Below are positions 29,154 through 38,126 of a stretch of DNA of 64,000 bases, piece by piece (within the stretch, counting starts at the first letter, position 1; each line of letters starts with the position of its first letter). Made by a program: the position numbers and the translations under genes. The notes below the pieces were generated by a model, which saw only the letters and a program-made list of their open reading frames with translations, made no database searches and had not been told where the DNA came from. The DNA is taken from positions 124,001-188,000 of the IMG/VR virus record IMGVR_UViG_3300009104_001210; one strand, 5' to 3'.

Positions 29154-29360
29154 ATGGATATTAGAATAGAATATTGTGTTCAATGAAATTACAAACCAAG
29201 AGCTCGTAGTTTACGACAAGAATTAAGTGATACATTTGGTTATTGGGCTGAATTAAAACCTGGAGAAAGAGGAGCATTTGAAGTGTATGTAAATGGTAAT
29301 CTAATTTTTTCAAAATTAAAGGAAGATAGATTTCCAAATGAAGGAGAAATAGTATTATGA
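29154..29360 (+). CDS. Rdx/SelW-family selenoprotein (CxxU), UGA at 29184-86 read as Sec
   Basis: GGAGG SD; MDIRIEYCVQ-U-NYKPRARSL...GAFEVYVNGNLIFSKLKEDRFPNEGEI; family-like sequence continues 57 codons past the in-frame TGA. Confidence 0.88.
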
Positions 29361-29449
29361 ATCAAAAATTTGGTGATATGTTTGGGAAGTTCCTTATTCT
29401 ATTTGGGATGTGGACTTTTATAGCATTTATGTTTGGAATAGGATACTAA
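29357..29449 (+). CDS. Micro membrane peptide (30 aa)
   Basis: ATGA overlap; MNQKFGDMFGKFLILFGMWTFIAFMFGIGY. Confidence 0.5.
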   Translation: MNQKFGDMFGKFLILFGMWTFIAFMFGIGY

Positions 29450-29468
29450 AATATAAGGAGTTATTATA

Positions 29469-30476
29469 ATGAGTCATAAGTTAGAATATATTTGGCTGGA
29501 TGGTGTAGAACCAACAGCGCAGTTAAGAAGTAAAACTAAAATAGTATCAAAGTTTGGTATAGAGGGTGGTGTAACAGCAACACAAGCACCAATATGGGGA
29601 TTTGATGGTTCGTCAACACAACAAGCAGAAGGTGGGAGTTCTGATTGTGTGTTGAAACCTGTAAGATTATATCGAAATCCATTGGAAGAAGGTACATTGG
29701 TATTATGTGAAGTATGGAATGTAGATGATACACCACATAAATCTAATACAAGACATGGTTTAGATAATACATTACAGAGTTTAGATCATGATCCAGAAGA
29801 GTGGGTTGGATTTGAGCAAGAGTATACATTATATGAAGGTGGAATACCTTATGGTTGGCCACCCGATTTAAGTGATCCATTACCACAAGGCGATTATTAT
29901 TGTGGTAGAAATGCTGGAGAACATATAATGAAAGAACATACTGATGCTTGTATAGAAGCAGGTATTAGTATTTGTGGAACTAACGCAGAAGTAATGTTAG
30001 GACAATGGGAATATCAGATTGGTGCAGGTTCTTCATTAGAAATGAGTGATGATTTATGGGTTGCTCGTTGGTTAATGGAAAAGATTTGTGCTGAATATGA
30101 TGTGGAAGTTGTTTTAGATCCAAAGCCAGTTAAGGGTGATTGGAATGGTGCAGGTTGTCATACTAATTTCTCTACTAAAGATATGAGAGGACATGGTGGA
30201 GATGAACTTATATTTAAGGCGTGTATGGATTTAGAGAAGGTACATAAAGAACATATGGCAGAATATGGTGAAGGAAACGAAAGACGACTTACGGGACTTC
30301 ATGAGACTCAGGCTATAGATACATTTAGTTGGGGAGTTTCAGACAGAGGTGCTTCCATTCGTATTCCCTGGCAAGTAGATAAAGATGGTAAAGGATATCT
30401 TGAAGATAGAAGACCATCAGCGAATTGCGATCCATATAGAGTTTGTAAAAAGTTAATTGAGACAATTATTATATGA
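29469..30476 (+). CDS. glnII: Glutamine synthetase type II
   Basis: LEYIWLDG, WGFDGSST, EQEY, NAEVMLGQWEYQ, WNGAGCHTN, YLEDRRPSANCDPY. Confidence 0.92.
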   Translation: MSHKLEYIWLDGVEPTAQLRSKTKIVSKFGIEGGVTATQAPIWGFDGSSTQQAEGGSSDCVLKPVRLYRNPLEEGTLVLCEVWNVDDTPHKSNTRHGLDNTLQSLDHDPEEWVGFEQEYTLYEGGIPYGWPPDLSDPLPQGDYYCGRNAGEHIMKEHTDACIEAGISICGTNAEVMLGQWEYQIGAGSSLEMSDDLWVARWLMEKICAEYDVEVVLDPKPVKGDWNGAGCHTNFSTKDMRGHGGDELIFKACMDLEKVHKEHMAEYGEGNERRLTGLHETQAIDTFSWGVSDRGASIRIPWQVDKDGKGYLEDRRPSANCDPYRVCKKLIETIII

Positions 30477-31342
30477 CGACAATGATTTGGAGTGGGTGTT
30501 CCATGACATTTGGGAGTGGAATACTTTGTGATAAATCACAAAAGAAAAATGATAAACCAGAATGGCATCATCCTAAGCTTAAAGAAATGTTTTCTGATAT
30601 TAAAACAGTTGGTGAGGCTAGGGAAGTTATAAAACAAATTAGTTATCCAATGCAATTAGGTAAAAGATTGGGTATGGATACTTATAATTTATCAGTTCAG
30701 GGTTATGGTATAGAATCACAATTTAGAACAGTATCTTCATTTTTAATCAAAAATAAAGATAAAATTGATTATACTAAAACTATGTTTTGTTATCAGATTC
30801 CAGAGTTAAGTAGAGTTGAATTGTTAATGTGGGGGCCAGGCGAAAAAGGCTGGAAACGTTCAGATCCGAATCGTGAGCCAGAAATATTTTCGTTCAATGC
30901 TAATGAGTTACCAAAAGGATTTTTAACACAACATTTTAATATTGATTATTATATAGCAAAATATTTAATGACGATGTTAGAATATAAAGGATTTTTAGAA
31001 TCAAAAGGTATTAAAGTTTTTTATTTTGATCAACAGAATCAACTATATCCACTAATGATAACTAAGAATTATAGAAAGAAAAGTGATAAGTTTATGATGA
31101 AGAATATGCTATTTTTTAATGAGTGGAATCATGAACCTGTAGGATTTCCAAGTAAACAAACTATTTTAAAAGAGTTAGACATACAAGAACTAGATATGAA
31201 GAATCCGAATTCACCAACTGGTAGGGAAATTGCAATTGAAACTTTATATGCAGGTGGTTTTCATGAGGATGGCCACTATTCACCTAAAGGACATACACAA
31301 TTAGCTGAAGTATATGAGAGATTTTTTTTAAAAATATTATGA
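30473..31342 (+). CDS. SGNH/GDSL hydrolase-like protein
   Basis: SGCSMTFG, NLSVQGYG, DGHYS. Confidence 0.6.
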   Translation: MTTMIWSGCSMTFGSGILCDKSQKKNDKPEWHHPKLKEMFSDIKTVGEAREVIKQISYPMQLGKRLGMDTYNLSVQGYGIESQFRTVSSFLIKNKDKIDYTKTMFCYQIPELSRVELLMWGPGEKGWKRSDPNREPEIFSFNANELPKGFLTQHFNIDYYIAKYLMTMLEYKGFLESKGIKVFYFDQQNQLYPLMITKNYRKKSDKFMMKNMLFFNEWNHEPVGFPSKQTILKELDIQELDMKNPNSPTGREIAIETLYAGGFHEDGHYSPKGHTQLAEVYERFFLKIL

Positions 31343-31419
31343 TAGAAAATTTATTGAATGTTATATAATATCATACTATTTATTAATGATTATGAGTATT
31401 ATTATAGGGAGTAAAAAAA

Positions 31420-31743
31420 ATGGATTTAACAATAGAATATAATAAAAAATATAAAAAACATGCTTTAGAATTAGAAGAATTGTTAGAAGATGTTGATGCG
31501 TGGGATCCACACAGGTCAACTATTTCACCTGAAGGTCAATTGAATGTGGAATTGATATTATCTGATAACGATATTTTTGAGGTGCAACACGCAGACTCAG
31601 AGATACTTTATGACAATACAGATGTAGTTTGTGCTGATGTGATTGAAGCTTTGTTGTTAGAAGGTACTGATATGGAATCTATACCAGAAGATGACGGCAC
31701 ACCCGTACCTCTTCGACCTTCAAGTGAAAAATCTGAGGAATAA
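31420..31743 (+). CDS. Degenerate Rdx-fold protein lacking CxxC/U
   Basis: MDLTIEY..KYKKHALEL...DIFEV aligns with 29154-29360. Confidence 0.5.
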   Translation: MDLTIEYNKKYKKHALELEELLEDVDAWDPHRSTISPEGQLNVELILSDNDIFEVQHADSEILYDNTDVVCADVIEALLLEGTDMESIPEDDGTPVPLRPSSEKSEE

Positions 31744-31745
31744 TT

Positions 31746-32117
31746 GTGCTATTTGAAATTGTATATAAAAGTGATTATCAAACTCAAGCAGATGCAATAA
31801 AATCAACTTTACAAGAATATTCAGGTTCATTATGGGATCCAGATAGTATATTACATTCGACGGGTAGTTATATTGAAGTTGAATTAACATCTACTGATGA
31901 TGACGATCTTAGTGTACATAATTTAGAAATATTACATGAAGATGGATATACTTATCCATCGGGTTCTGCACATCCATCAGCAACATCAGAAAATTTAATA
32001 TGGAGTAAATCAACTAAGGTTATTAAACGAACAGGAGACGATTGGCCAGATGAAGGAGAAATAGAAGATGCGATATGGGGAACACACAGACCACATCAAG
32101 CAGAAGGGGAAGATTAA
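31746..32117 (+). CDS. Degenerate Rdx-fold protein lacking CxxC/U
   Basis: FEIVY..DYQTQA; LIWSK...WPDEGEI matches LIFSK...FPNEGEI. Confidence 0.55.
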   Translation: MLFEIVYKSDYQTQADAIKSTLQEYSGSLWDPDSILHSTGSYIEVELTSTDDDDLSVHNLEILHEDGYTYPSGSAHPSATSENLIWSKSTKVIKRTGDDWPDEGEIEDAIWGTHRPHQAEGED

Positions 32118-32118
32118 A

Positions 32119-32331
32119 ATGAATAATGGATATAGGTTTATATTATTCTTTATATTAGGATTTTTCATGGCAACTACAATTGGTTGTATAAGTATACAAC
32201 CTACTTCAGAAGATACAGGTTGGCCAGGAGAGTTTACACCACAATGTTGTAAAGGACAAGAAACACATACTTGTGGTATGCCAGGAATGACAGGTAAACC
32301 ATTACCATTACCGAAAGGAAGAGAAAAATGA
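32119..32331 (+). CDS. Small Cys-containing secreted/lipoprotein
   Basis: Signal-like TM ending TIG-C; CC and C residues. Confidence 0.5.
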   Translation: MNNGYRFILFFILGFFMATTIGCISIQPTSEDTGWPGEFTPQCCKGQETHTCGMPGMTGKPLPLPKGREK

Positions 32332-32519
32332 GAAATTGGGTATATTATATGCAAGAAGGATTAAAGTCTATGTGGAAAAGTAAAGAAGTACCAGATTATA
32401 GAGAAAAAGAATATCCATACAATATAGAATTTGGTGATGGTAGAACAAAAAAAGAAATGGATAAGATGCAAAAAGAATTAATGGAATGTGGTTGTTTACC
32501 TGATTGTGGATGCAAATAA
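32328..32519 (+). CDS. Hypothetical protein with C-terminal CGCxxxCGC
   Basis: Coupled ORF. Confidence 0.5.
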   Translation: MRNWVYYMQEGLKSMWKSKEVPDYREKEYPYNIEFGDGRTKKEMDKMQKELMECGCLPDCGCK

Positions 32520-32533
32520 TGATATAGTTTTTA

Positions 32534-33004
32534 ATGAGTTATAAAATAGAGAGTTATACAAGAGAAGAATTAGAGTTATTTCCGAATGATGAATATGGAT
32601 ATGTTAAACAGAGAGTATGGTCTACTGGACAACTTAGTACACTTGAATACTTTGATAGAAATTTTGTAAAAATTTATTTAATAAGAGATGAAAATTTAAA
32701 AATAATAGCCTTTTCTTGTGAAAAAATACCAAGATATGAAGGCTTTGATTTTGAATGGGGATACTCATATGTTGAACCAACATATAGAGGAACTCGATGT
32801 TACTTTAAATTATGTAAATATAAAAGAGATGAGGCTCGACAACAAGGTTTGATTGGTTATACAATATGTTTAAAATCTCAACCCGCTACTGTAAAGTGTG
32901 GTAAAATCCTTTGTGATATTAAAATAGATAATCCATTACATCTTGGAGAAACAGAATCATCTTTTGATAACGAAAATTTAGAATTTTGGGGAATGATGTT
33001 ATGA
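32534..33004 (+). CDS. GNAT-like acetyltransferase
   Basis: YSYVEPTYRGTRC resembles motif A V.P.YRG.G. Confidence 0.45.
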   Translation: MSYKIESYTREELELFPNDEYGYVKQRVWSTGQLSTLEYFDRNFVKIYLIRDENLKIIAFSCEKIPRYEGFDFEWGYSYVEPTYRGTRCYFKLCKYKRDEARQQGLIGYTICLKSQPATVKCGKILCDIKIDNPLHLGETESSFDNENLEFWGMML

Positions 33005-34266
33005 ATGTAGCAATAAAATATATTTGGCAGCCAGATCCAGATATAGTTAAATTTGAAGAACTGTATCTAAAACAAGAAACAGATACATATAAAATAAAAC
33101 TAACCGATTTACCAATTAAAAATAGTAAAGAATTGACGAAACGTGAACTACAAACGATTGATTCTGATATAGTGAAACGTGGTTTTATTTTAAAACCAAT
33201 AGGAATTTGGTCAGATCCTTTAGAAGATGATACTCCTGATAAAGCACATTATTTAGTATTATGTGAAGATGGTGTATCTAAAGACTCATACCGTGATAAG
33301 TTAAAAAAATTATTAGAAAAAACAAATTTCTATAATCCCTGGGTTGGAATAGAACAAGAGTATTATCTTTTTCCAAATGAAGATACTACTTCCCCATCAG
33401 AACAAGAATTATTTAATATACAAACATCTGAAGGAGTATGTCAAACTGTTCAAAAACTTCTTGATAACTCAACTCGAAAAAATAATAGAAGATTACTTGA
33501 ACACTTATGTGTTTATTCTAAAAACGAATTATCATCATTGGATACACAAGATGATATAGTTTTTGCTTGTGCTAAAATGGGTTTAAAAGTTAATAGGGTA
33601 CAGGCAGTTAAAGAACAAGGTCCTGGACATTGGGAAGTACAGTTTGGTCCTACAGAACCATTACAAACTTTAGATGAAACAATGATTGGTCGTTATATTA
33701 TATGGAAAATAGGTAATGAAGAATTAACTGTTTCATTTGAACCAAAACCAAAAGGTTGGTCTGTAGAATATGATCTTTGGGCAGGTTCTGGATTACATTT
33801 TAATTATTCTAATGATAAAACAAGAGCAGAAAGTGTTGAAGATTATTTAGATATTAAAAAAGCTGAAGATAATCCATCATCAATAATTGAAATGGATAAA
33901 GAAGAGAGAATAAATCTTATTAAAAAAGCACCATATACTAAAGCATTATTAAAACAATTAGCTAAAAATCATAGAAAACACGTAACTGAATATGGTATAG
34001 GAAATGAAAAAAGACAAGATGGTGATCACGGAACTACTACTGGTAATGTATTTGTTTTATCAAAAGAAATAGATAATAAAAATGTTTCTGTTAGAATAGT
34101 AACTATGGGTTTGAATAAAAGATTATTATCCGACGAAGATTATTATGGATTATATCTTGAAGATAGAAGACCAAGTGCAAATGCTAATCCATATAGAGTT
34201 GCTTTAAGATATTTCGAAACAGTTGCAGAAATGCAAAAGAATAATGAAGGTAAAAAAACTAAATAG
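33001..34266 (+). CDS. Divergent glutamine synthetase-family protein
   Basis: GIEQEY, GPGHWEVQ, GSGLHFNYS, YLEDRRPSANANPY; FDGSS motif absent. Confidence 0.75.
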   Translation: MNVAIKYIWQPDPDIVKFEELYLKQETDTYKIKLTDLPIKNSKELTKRELQTIDSDIVKRGFILKPIGIWSDPLEDDTPDKAHYLVLCEDGVSKDSYRDKLKKLLEKTNFYNPWVGIEQEYYLFPNEDTTSPSEQELFNIQTSEGVCQTVQKLLDNSTRKNNRRLLEHLCVYSKNELSSLDTQDDIVFACAKMGLKVNRVQAVKEQGPGHWEVQFGPTEPLQTLDETMIGRYIIWKIGNEELTVSFEPKPKGWSVEYDLWAGSGLHFNYSNDKTRAESVEDYLDIKKAEDNPSSIIEMDKEERINLIKKAPYTKALLKQLAKNHRKHVTEYGIGNEKRQDGDHGTTTGNVFVLSKEIDNKNVSVRIVTMGLNKRLLSDEDYYGLYLEDRRPSANANPYRVALRYFETVAEMQKNNEGKKTK

Positions 34267-34912
34267 TTATAAAGAATTAAGTTCAACTGTAGCAGATATA
34301 GTTGAGGAACAGCTTGTAGAAAAAGTTTTTCAACAACTAGTCCTTCCTACAGGTAGTACACCAATCGGATTATATAAAGAACTTGCTAAAAGAAATTTAA
34401 ATTGGTCTTATGTTAGAACATTTAATCTTGATGTTTATATTATGAATCCAAATCATTCACAAAGTTATCAAACATTTATGAAGGAAAATTTATTTAATAG
34501 AATTAATATCTATCCTGATAATTGTCATTTCCCATTTAGACCTACTTTAGCATATGAAGATAAAATAAATTATTTTGGTGGAGTTGATTTGTGTATATTG
34601 GGTATAGGTAGTAATGGTCATATAGCATTTAACGAACCTGGTTCTTCATTTAAGTCAAGAACAAGAGTAGTAGATTTAGACGAACAAACTATACAAGACA
34701 ATTCAAGATTTTTTGATTCAGTAGATGATGTACCTAAACAAGCAATAACTATGGGAATAGGAACTATAATGGAATCAAAGAAAATAATATTAATGGCAAG
34801 TGGAGATCATAAAAAAGACATTTTAGAAAAAGCATTAAATGGTAAAGTAACTGAAGATGTACCAGCATCAGTATTACAAACACATAAAAATGTAGAAGTG
34901 TATTATCATTGA
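34244..34912 (+). CDS. nagB: Glucosamine-6-phosphate deaminase
   Basis: LPTGSTP, TFNLD, GIGSNGHIAFNEPG, TMGIGTI, PASVLQTH. Confidence 0.9.
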   Translation: MKVKKLNSYKELSSTVADIVEEQLVEKVFQQLVLPTGSTPIGLYKELAKRNLNWSYVRTFNLDVYIMNPNHSQSYQTFMKENLFNRINIYPDNCHFPFRPTLAYEDKINYFGGVDLCILGIGSNGHIAFNEPGSSFKSRTRVVDLDEQTIQDNSRFFDSVDDVPKQAITMGIGTIMESKKIILMASGDHKKDILEKALNGKVTEDVPASVLQTHKNVEVYYH

Positions 34913-35712
34913 AGTATAAAAGACTTATAGTTAATGGTTGTAGTTTCACTGCGTGTGATGGAGATGGTGTTACACCTGAAATAAATGGGTGGCCAGCAGT
35001 ATTAGGAGAAAAATTAGGAGCTGAAGTAACAAATATTAGAATTGATGAAAAAAAATTTAGTAAATTTTTACCTGGTCCAAGTACTGCAGGTGGATCTAAT
35101 GATAGAATAATTAGAACTACTTTAGATTGGGTATCACAATTGTGGCCATGGAAAGAACAGGAACTTAAAAAACAAATTATTACTAAAAATTTTAAAGACA
35201 GTTTGTTTATTATTGGTTGGACAGAATTTACAAGATTTGAAATGTTTAGTAATTTAACTAAACAATATTTGAGATCAAGTAAAATACGTCATAGAGAATG
35301 GAAAAAAGAGTTTTTAAACGAAAGTGATCAATTTAGAAAATATTTAGAACAAATAATTTTTTTACAATCTTGGTTTGAAGCACATGAAATATCATATTTA
35401 TTTTTTGATGCATTAGAAAATTTATTAAGTCCACTTTGTAAAGAATATAGAAAGAATAATAGTAATTTATTTCAGTTGGTTAATTTAGATAATTGGGTTC
35501 ATAGTAAAGGACATTATTGGTCTTGTAAAAGTTACTTAGAAACCCTTTGTGATTCTAAAGATATATTATCGGGACTCACAATATCAGATCGTCCATTAAG
35601 AGAAGAAATTATAGAAGGCCAATTTGGATTGTTAAGAGGTCATCCAAATGTTCTTGGGAATGAGAAATGGGCTGAAGTTTTGTATGAAAACATACGAACA
35701 AAAAAAATATAG
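34909..35712 (+). CDS. SGNH/GDSL hydrolase-like protein
   Basis: NGCSFTA, GGSNDRI, GHPN. Confidence 0.65.
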   Translation: MKYKRLIVNGCSFTACDGDGVTPEINGWPAVLGEKLGAEVTNIRIDEKKFSKFLPGPSTAGGSNDRIIRTTLDWVSQLWPWKEQELKKQIITKNFKDSLFIIGWTEFTRFEMFSNLTKQYLRSSKIRHREWKKEFLNESDQFRKYLEQIIFLQSWFEAHEISYLFFDALENLLSPLCKEYRKNNSNLFQLVNLDNWVHSKGHYWSCKSYLETLCDSKDILSGLTISDRPLREEIIEGQFGLLRGHPNVLGNEKWAEVLYENIRTKKI

Positions 35713-35872
35713 AAGGAAAGAGACGTTAGGTGAATATTTATCTAGGAGACTTAATAAAAATATAGATCCTGACGAATTAGATTTCTATATTCAACAATAT
35801 AAGATAAAGGAAGGTCATTCAGAATGGTCAGAACGGTTTCAAAGAAATTTTTGGGTAGAAGATGAAGACTAA
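35684..35872 (+). CDS. Hypothetical protein
   Basis: Coupled ORF. Confidence 0.5.
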   Translation: MKTYEQKKYRRKETLGEYLSRRLNKNIDPDELDFYIQQYKIKEGHSEWSERFQRNFWVEDED

Positions 35873-36185
35873 ATGTTTATTATGTACTGCTTTAACTGAG
35901 CCGGGTCAAGGATTCTATGACCATTTAGAAGATGTTCATATGATGCCTATTAGGCGGAAGAGAATTGTACAACCTGAGAATTGGATTCATGGTATGTCTT
36001 TAGAGAAAAAGGATATGATGAGAGAAGAAACACACGATGAATGTATGGAAAGATTTAAATTTAATCATCCTGAATATGGTACTGAACAATGTTGGTGTCC
36101 TGATTGTCTTGGTGGAGAAACATTAGAAATGGTAAATAAAATTTGTTCTAAACATGGACAACTTTATATAAAGGGTAAACATTGA
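35862..36185 (+). CDS. Zinc-finger-like hypothetical protein
   Basis: CLLC..HLEDVH and CWCPDC. Confidence 0.55.
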   Translation: MKTKCLLCTALTEPGQGFYDHLEDVHMMPIRRKRIVQPENWIHGMSLEKKDMMREETHDECMERFKFNHPEYGTEQCWCPDCLGGETLEMVNKICSKHGQLYIKGKH

Positions 36186-36186
36186 A

Positions 36187-37626
36187 GTGTGTGGCATAGC
36201 AGGTATTTATAGTCATAGGTCTGTAGCACCAGAATTGTATGAGTGTATAGTTCATTTACAACATAGGGGACAAGATGCCGCAGGGATGATGACATATGAT
36301 GAACGTATGCACAAACATAAAGGATTGGGATTAGCTAGAGACGTATTTACAAAAAATAATATATCTTTACTTAAAGGTAATGTTGGTATTTCACATAATA
36401 GATATCCTACACATGGAGAGTTTGGTCATGGTGAGATACAACCCGTATGGACTTCCGTACCATATGGAATAGCAATAGCACATAATGGACAGATAACAAA
36501 CTATGATGAATTAGTAGAAGAAGTTACACAAAAGGAAAAGAGATATCTTAATACCACAAGTGATACTGAAGTTTTATTACATATATTAGCAAATGAATTA
36601 GATAAGAATGGAATACCAAAAACTTCAGAAGAGTTTTTTAATCATTTATGTGAGGCAGTTAGTACTATATTTACAAAAGTTAAAGGGGCTTATTCTGTTA
36701 CAGGTATTATTGTTGGAAAAGGATTAATTGTTTTTAGAGATCCACGAGGTATTAGACCATTAGTTAAAGGTGAAAGAGATGATAACGGTAAAAAGGAGTA
36801 TATCTTTTCATCAGAAAATACTATGTTTTATTCATTAGGTTATGAACCAAAGGGTAATGTATTACCTGGAGAACTTATTTACATAGATGAAAGTGGTAAG
36901 TATTTTAGCAAACGATTAGTTAAGGAAGAATTTAATCCTTGTATATTTGAGTATGTATATTTTTCACGACCAGATGCAGTACTGAATGATGTAGGTGTGT
37001 ATCGTTCAAGATTGAGAATGGGTCAGAATTTAGCATATGCATGGATGAAGAAGTATCCATATATAGTACCTGATATAGTTATACCTGCACCGAGTACGGC
37101 AAATACCGCCGCATTATCATTTGCTCATGAAATAGATGTTAGATATTCAGAAGGATTGTATAAGAATCCGTTTGTTGGTAGAACATTTATTATGCCAGGA
37201 CAAGAAGAACGTAAAAGTTCTGTTAAACATAAACTCGTACCACAAGATACAGAGATACGAGATAAGAAAGTATTAATAGTAGATGATAGCATTGTTCGTG
37301 GTAATACAAGTAAAGAGATAGTAAGAATGGTAAAAGATTTTGGAGCAAAAGAAGTGTATTTTGTTAGTGCTTGTCCACCAATAAAACACCCTTGTTATTA
37401 TGGTGTTGATATGCCAACTAAAGAGGAATTAATTGCTGGAATTAATAAAATAGATACTATTAAAAAAGATTTAGGAGTTGATATTTTACTATATCAAGAG
37501 ATAGATGATTTAGTTGAAGCAGTAACACGAAGAGGTGATCATCATATAGAGAATCCATGTATGGCTTGTCTTGATGGACACTATGTAGTTAATGGAAGAA
37601 AAGTTCATGAATTGGTACTTAATTAA
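36187..37626 (+). CDS. purF: Amidophosphoribosyltransferase (Fe-S type)
   Basis: N-terminal C1 GIAG, HRGQDAAG, IVDDSIVRG PRPP motif, CIFE/CYYG/CMAC Cys ligands. Confidence 0.95.
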   Translation: MCGIAGIYSHRSVAPELYECIVHLQHRGQDAAGMMTYDERMHKHKGLGLARDVFTKNNISLLKGNVGISHNRYPTHGEFGHGEIQPVWTSVPYGIAIAHNGQITNYDELVEEVTQKEKRYLNTTSDTEVLLHILANELDKNGIPKTSEEFFNHLCEAVSTIFTKVKGAYSVTGIIVGKGLIVFRDPRGIRPLVKGERDDNGKKEYIFSSENTMFYSLGYEPKGNVLPGELIYIDESGKYFSKRLVKEEFNPCIFEYVYFSRPDAVLNDVGVYRSRLRMGQNLAYAWMKKYPYIVPDIVIPAPSTANTAALSFAHEIDVRYSEGLYKNPFVGRTFIMPGQEERKSSVKHKLVPQDTEIRDKKVLIVDDSIVRGNTSKEIVRMVKDFGAKEVYFVSACPPIKHPCYYGVDMPTKEELIAGINKIDTIKKDLGVDILLYQEIDDLVEAVTRRGDHHIENPCMACLDGHYVVNGRKVHELVLN

Positions 37627-38126
37627 TGATTAATAAGATAATGATTGTAGCGCACCCTGATGATGAAGCACTATTTGGTGGCGCTGAATTATTATCACAC
37701 CCAAAAGAATATAAAGTTGTAGTAGTAGATGAATATCACAATGATGTTAGACAAAAAGAGTTTAAGGATTCCATGCAATTTATAGGAATTACAGATTTTG
37801 AACATTGGACAGGTTATAAAGGTGGAGAAGATTATCATAGAGAAAAACTTATTTATGAGTTATTGAGAGTATTGAGAGAAAAAAAATGGGAAAAGATTGT
37901 AACTCATAATAGAGCAGGTGAATATGGTCACCCAAGACATAGAGCATTGCATGATATATTAAATCATTTAAGACCTGAAATACTATGGCAGTTTGATAAA
38001 GGTAAAGAAAGATTACCACAAGATTTATTAATTAAGAAAAGAGATTTATTAAAAGTATATGGAAGCCAAAGAGATGTTTTAGATTGGTTTAGTCCCTGGT
38101 ACGAGAAAATAACGAAGGTAAATTGA
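37626..38126 (+). CDS. PIG-L/LmbE family deacetylase
   Basis: AHPDDE and GHPRH motifs. Confidence 0.8.
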   Translation: MINKIMIVAHPDDEALFGGAELLSHPKEYKVVVVDEYHNDVRQKEFKDSMQFIGITDFEHWTGYKGGEDYHREKLIYELLRVLREKKWEKIVTHNRAGEYGHPRHRALHDILNHLRPEILWQFDKGKERLPQDLLIKKRDLLKVYGSQRDVLDWFSPWYEKITKVN

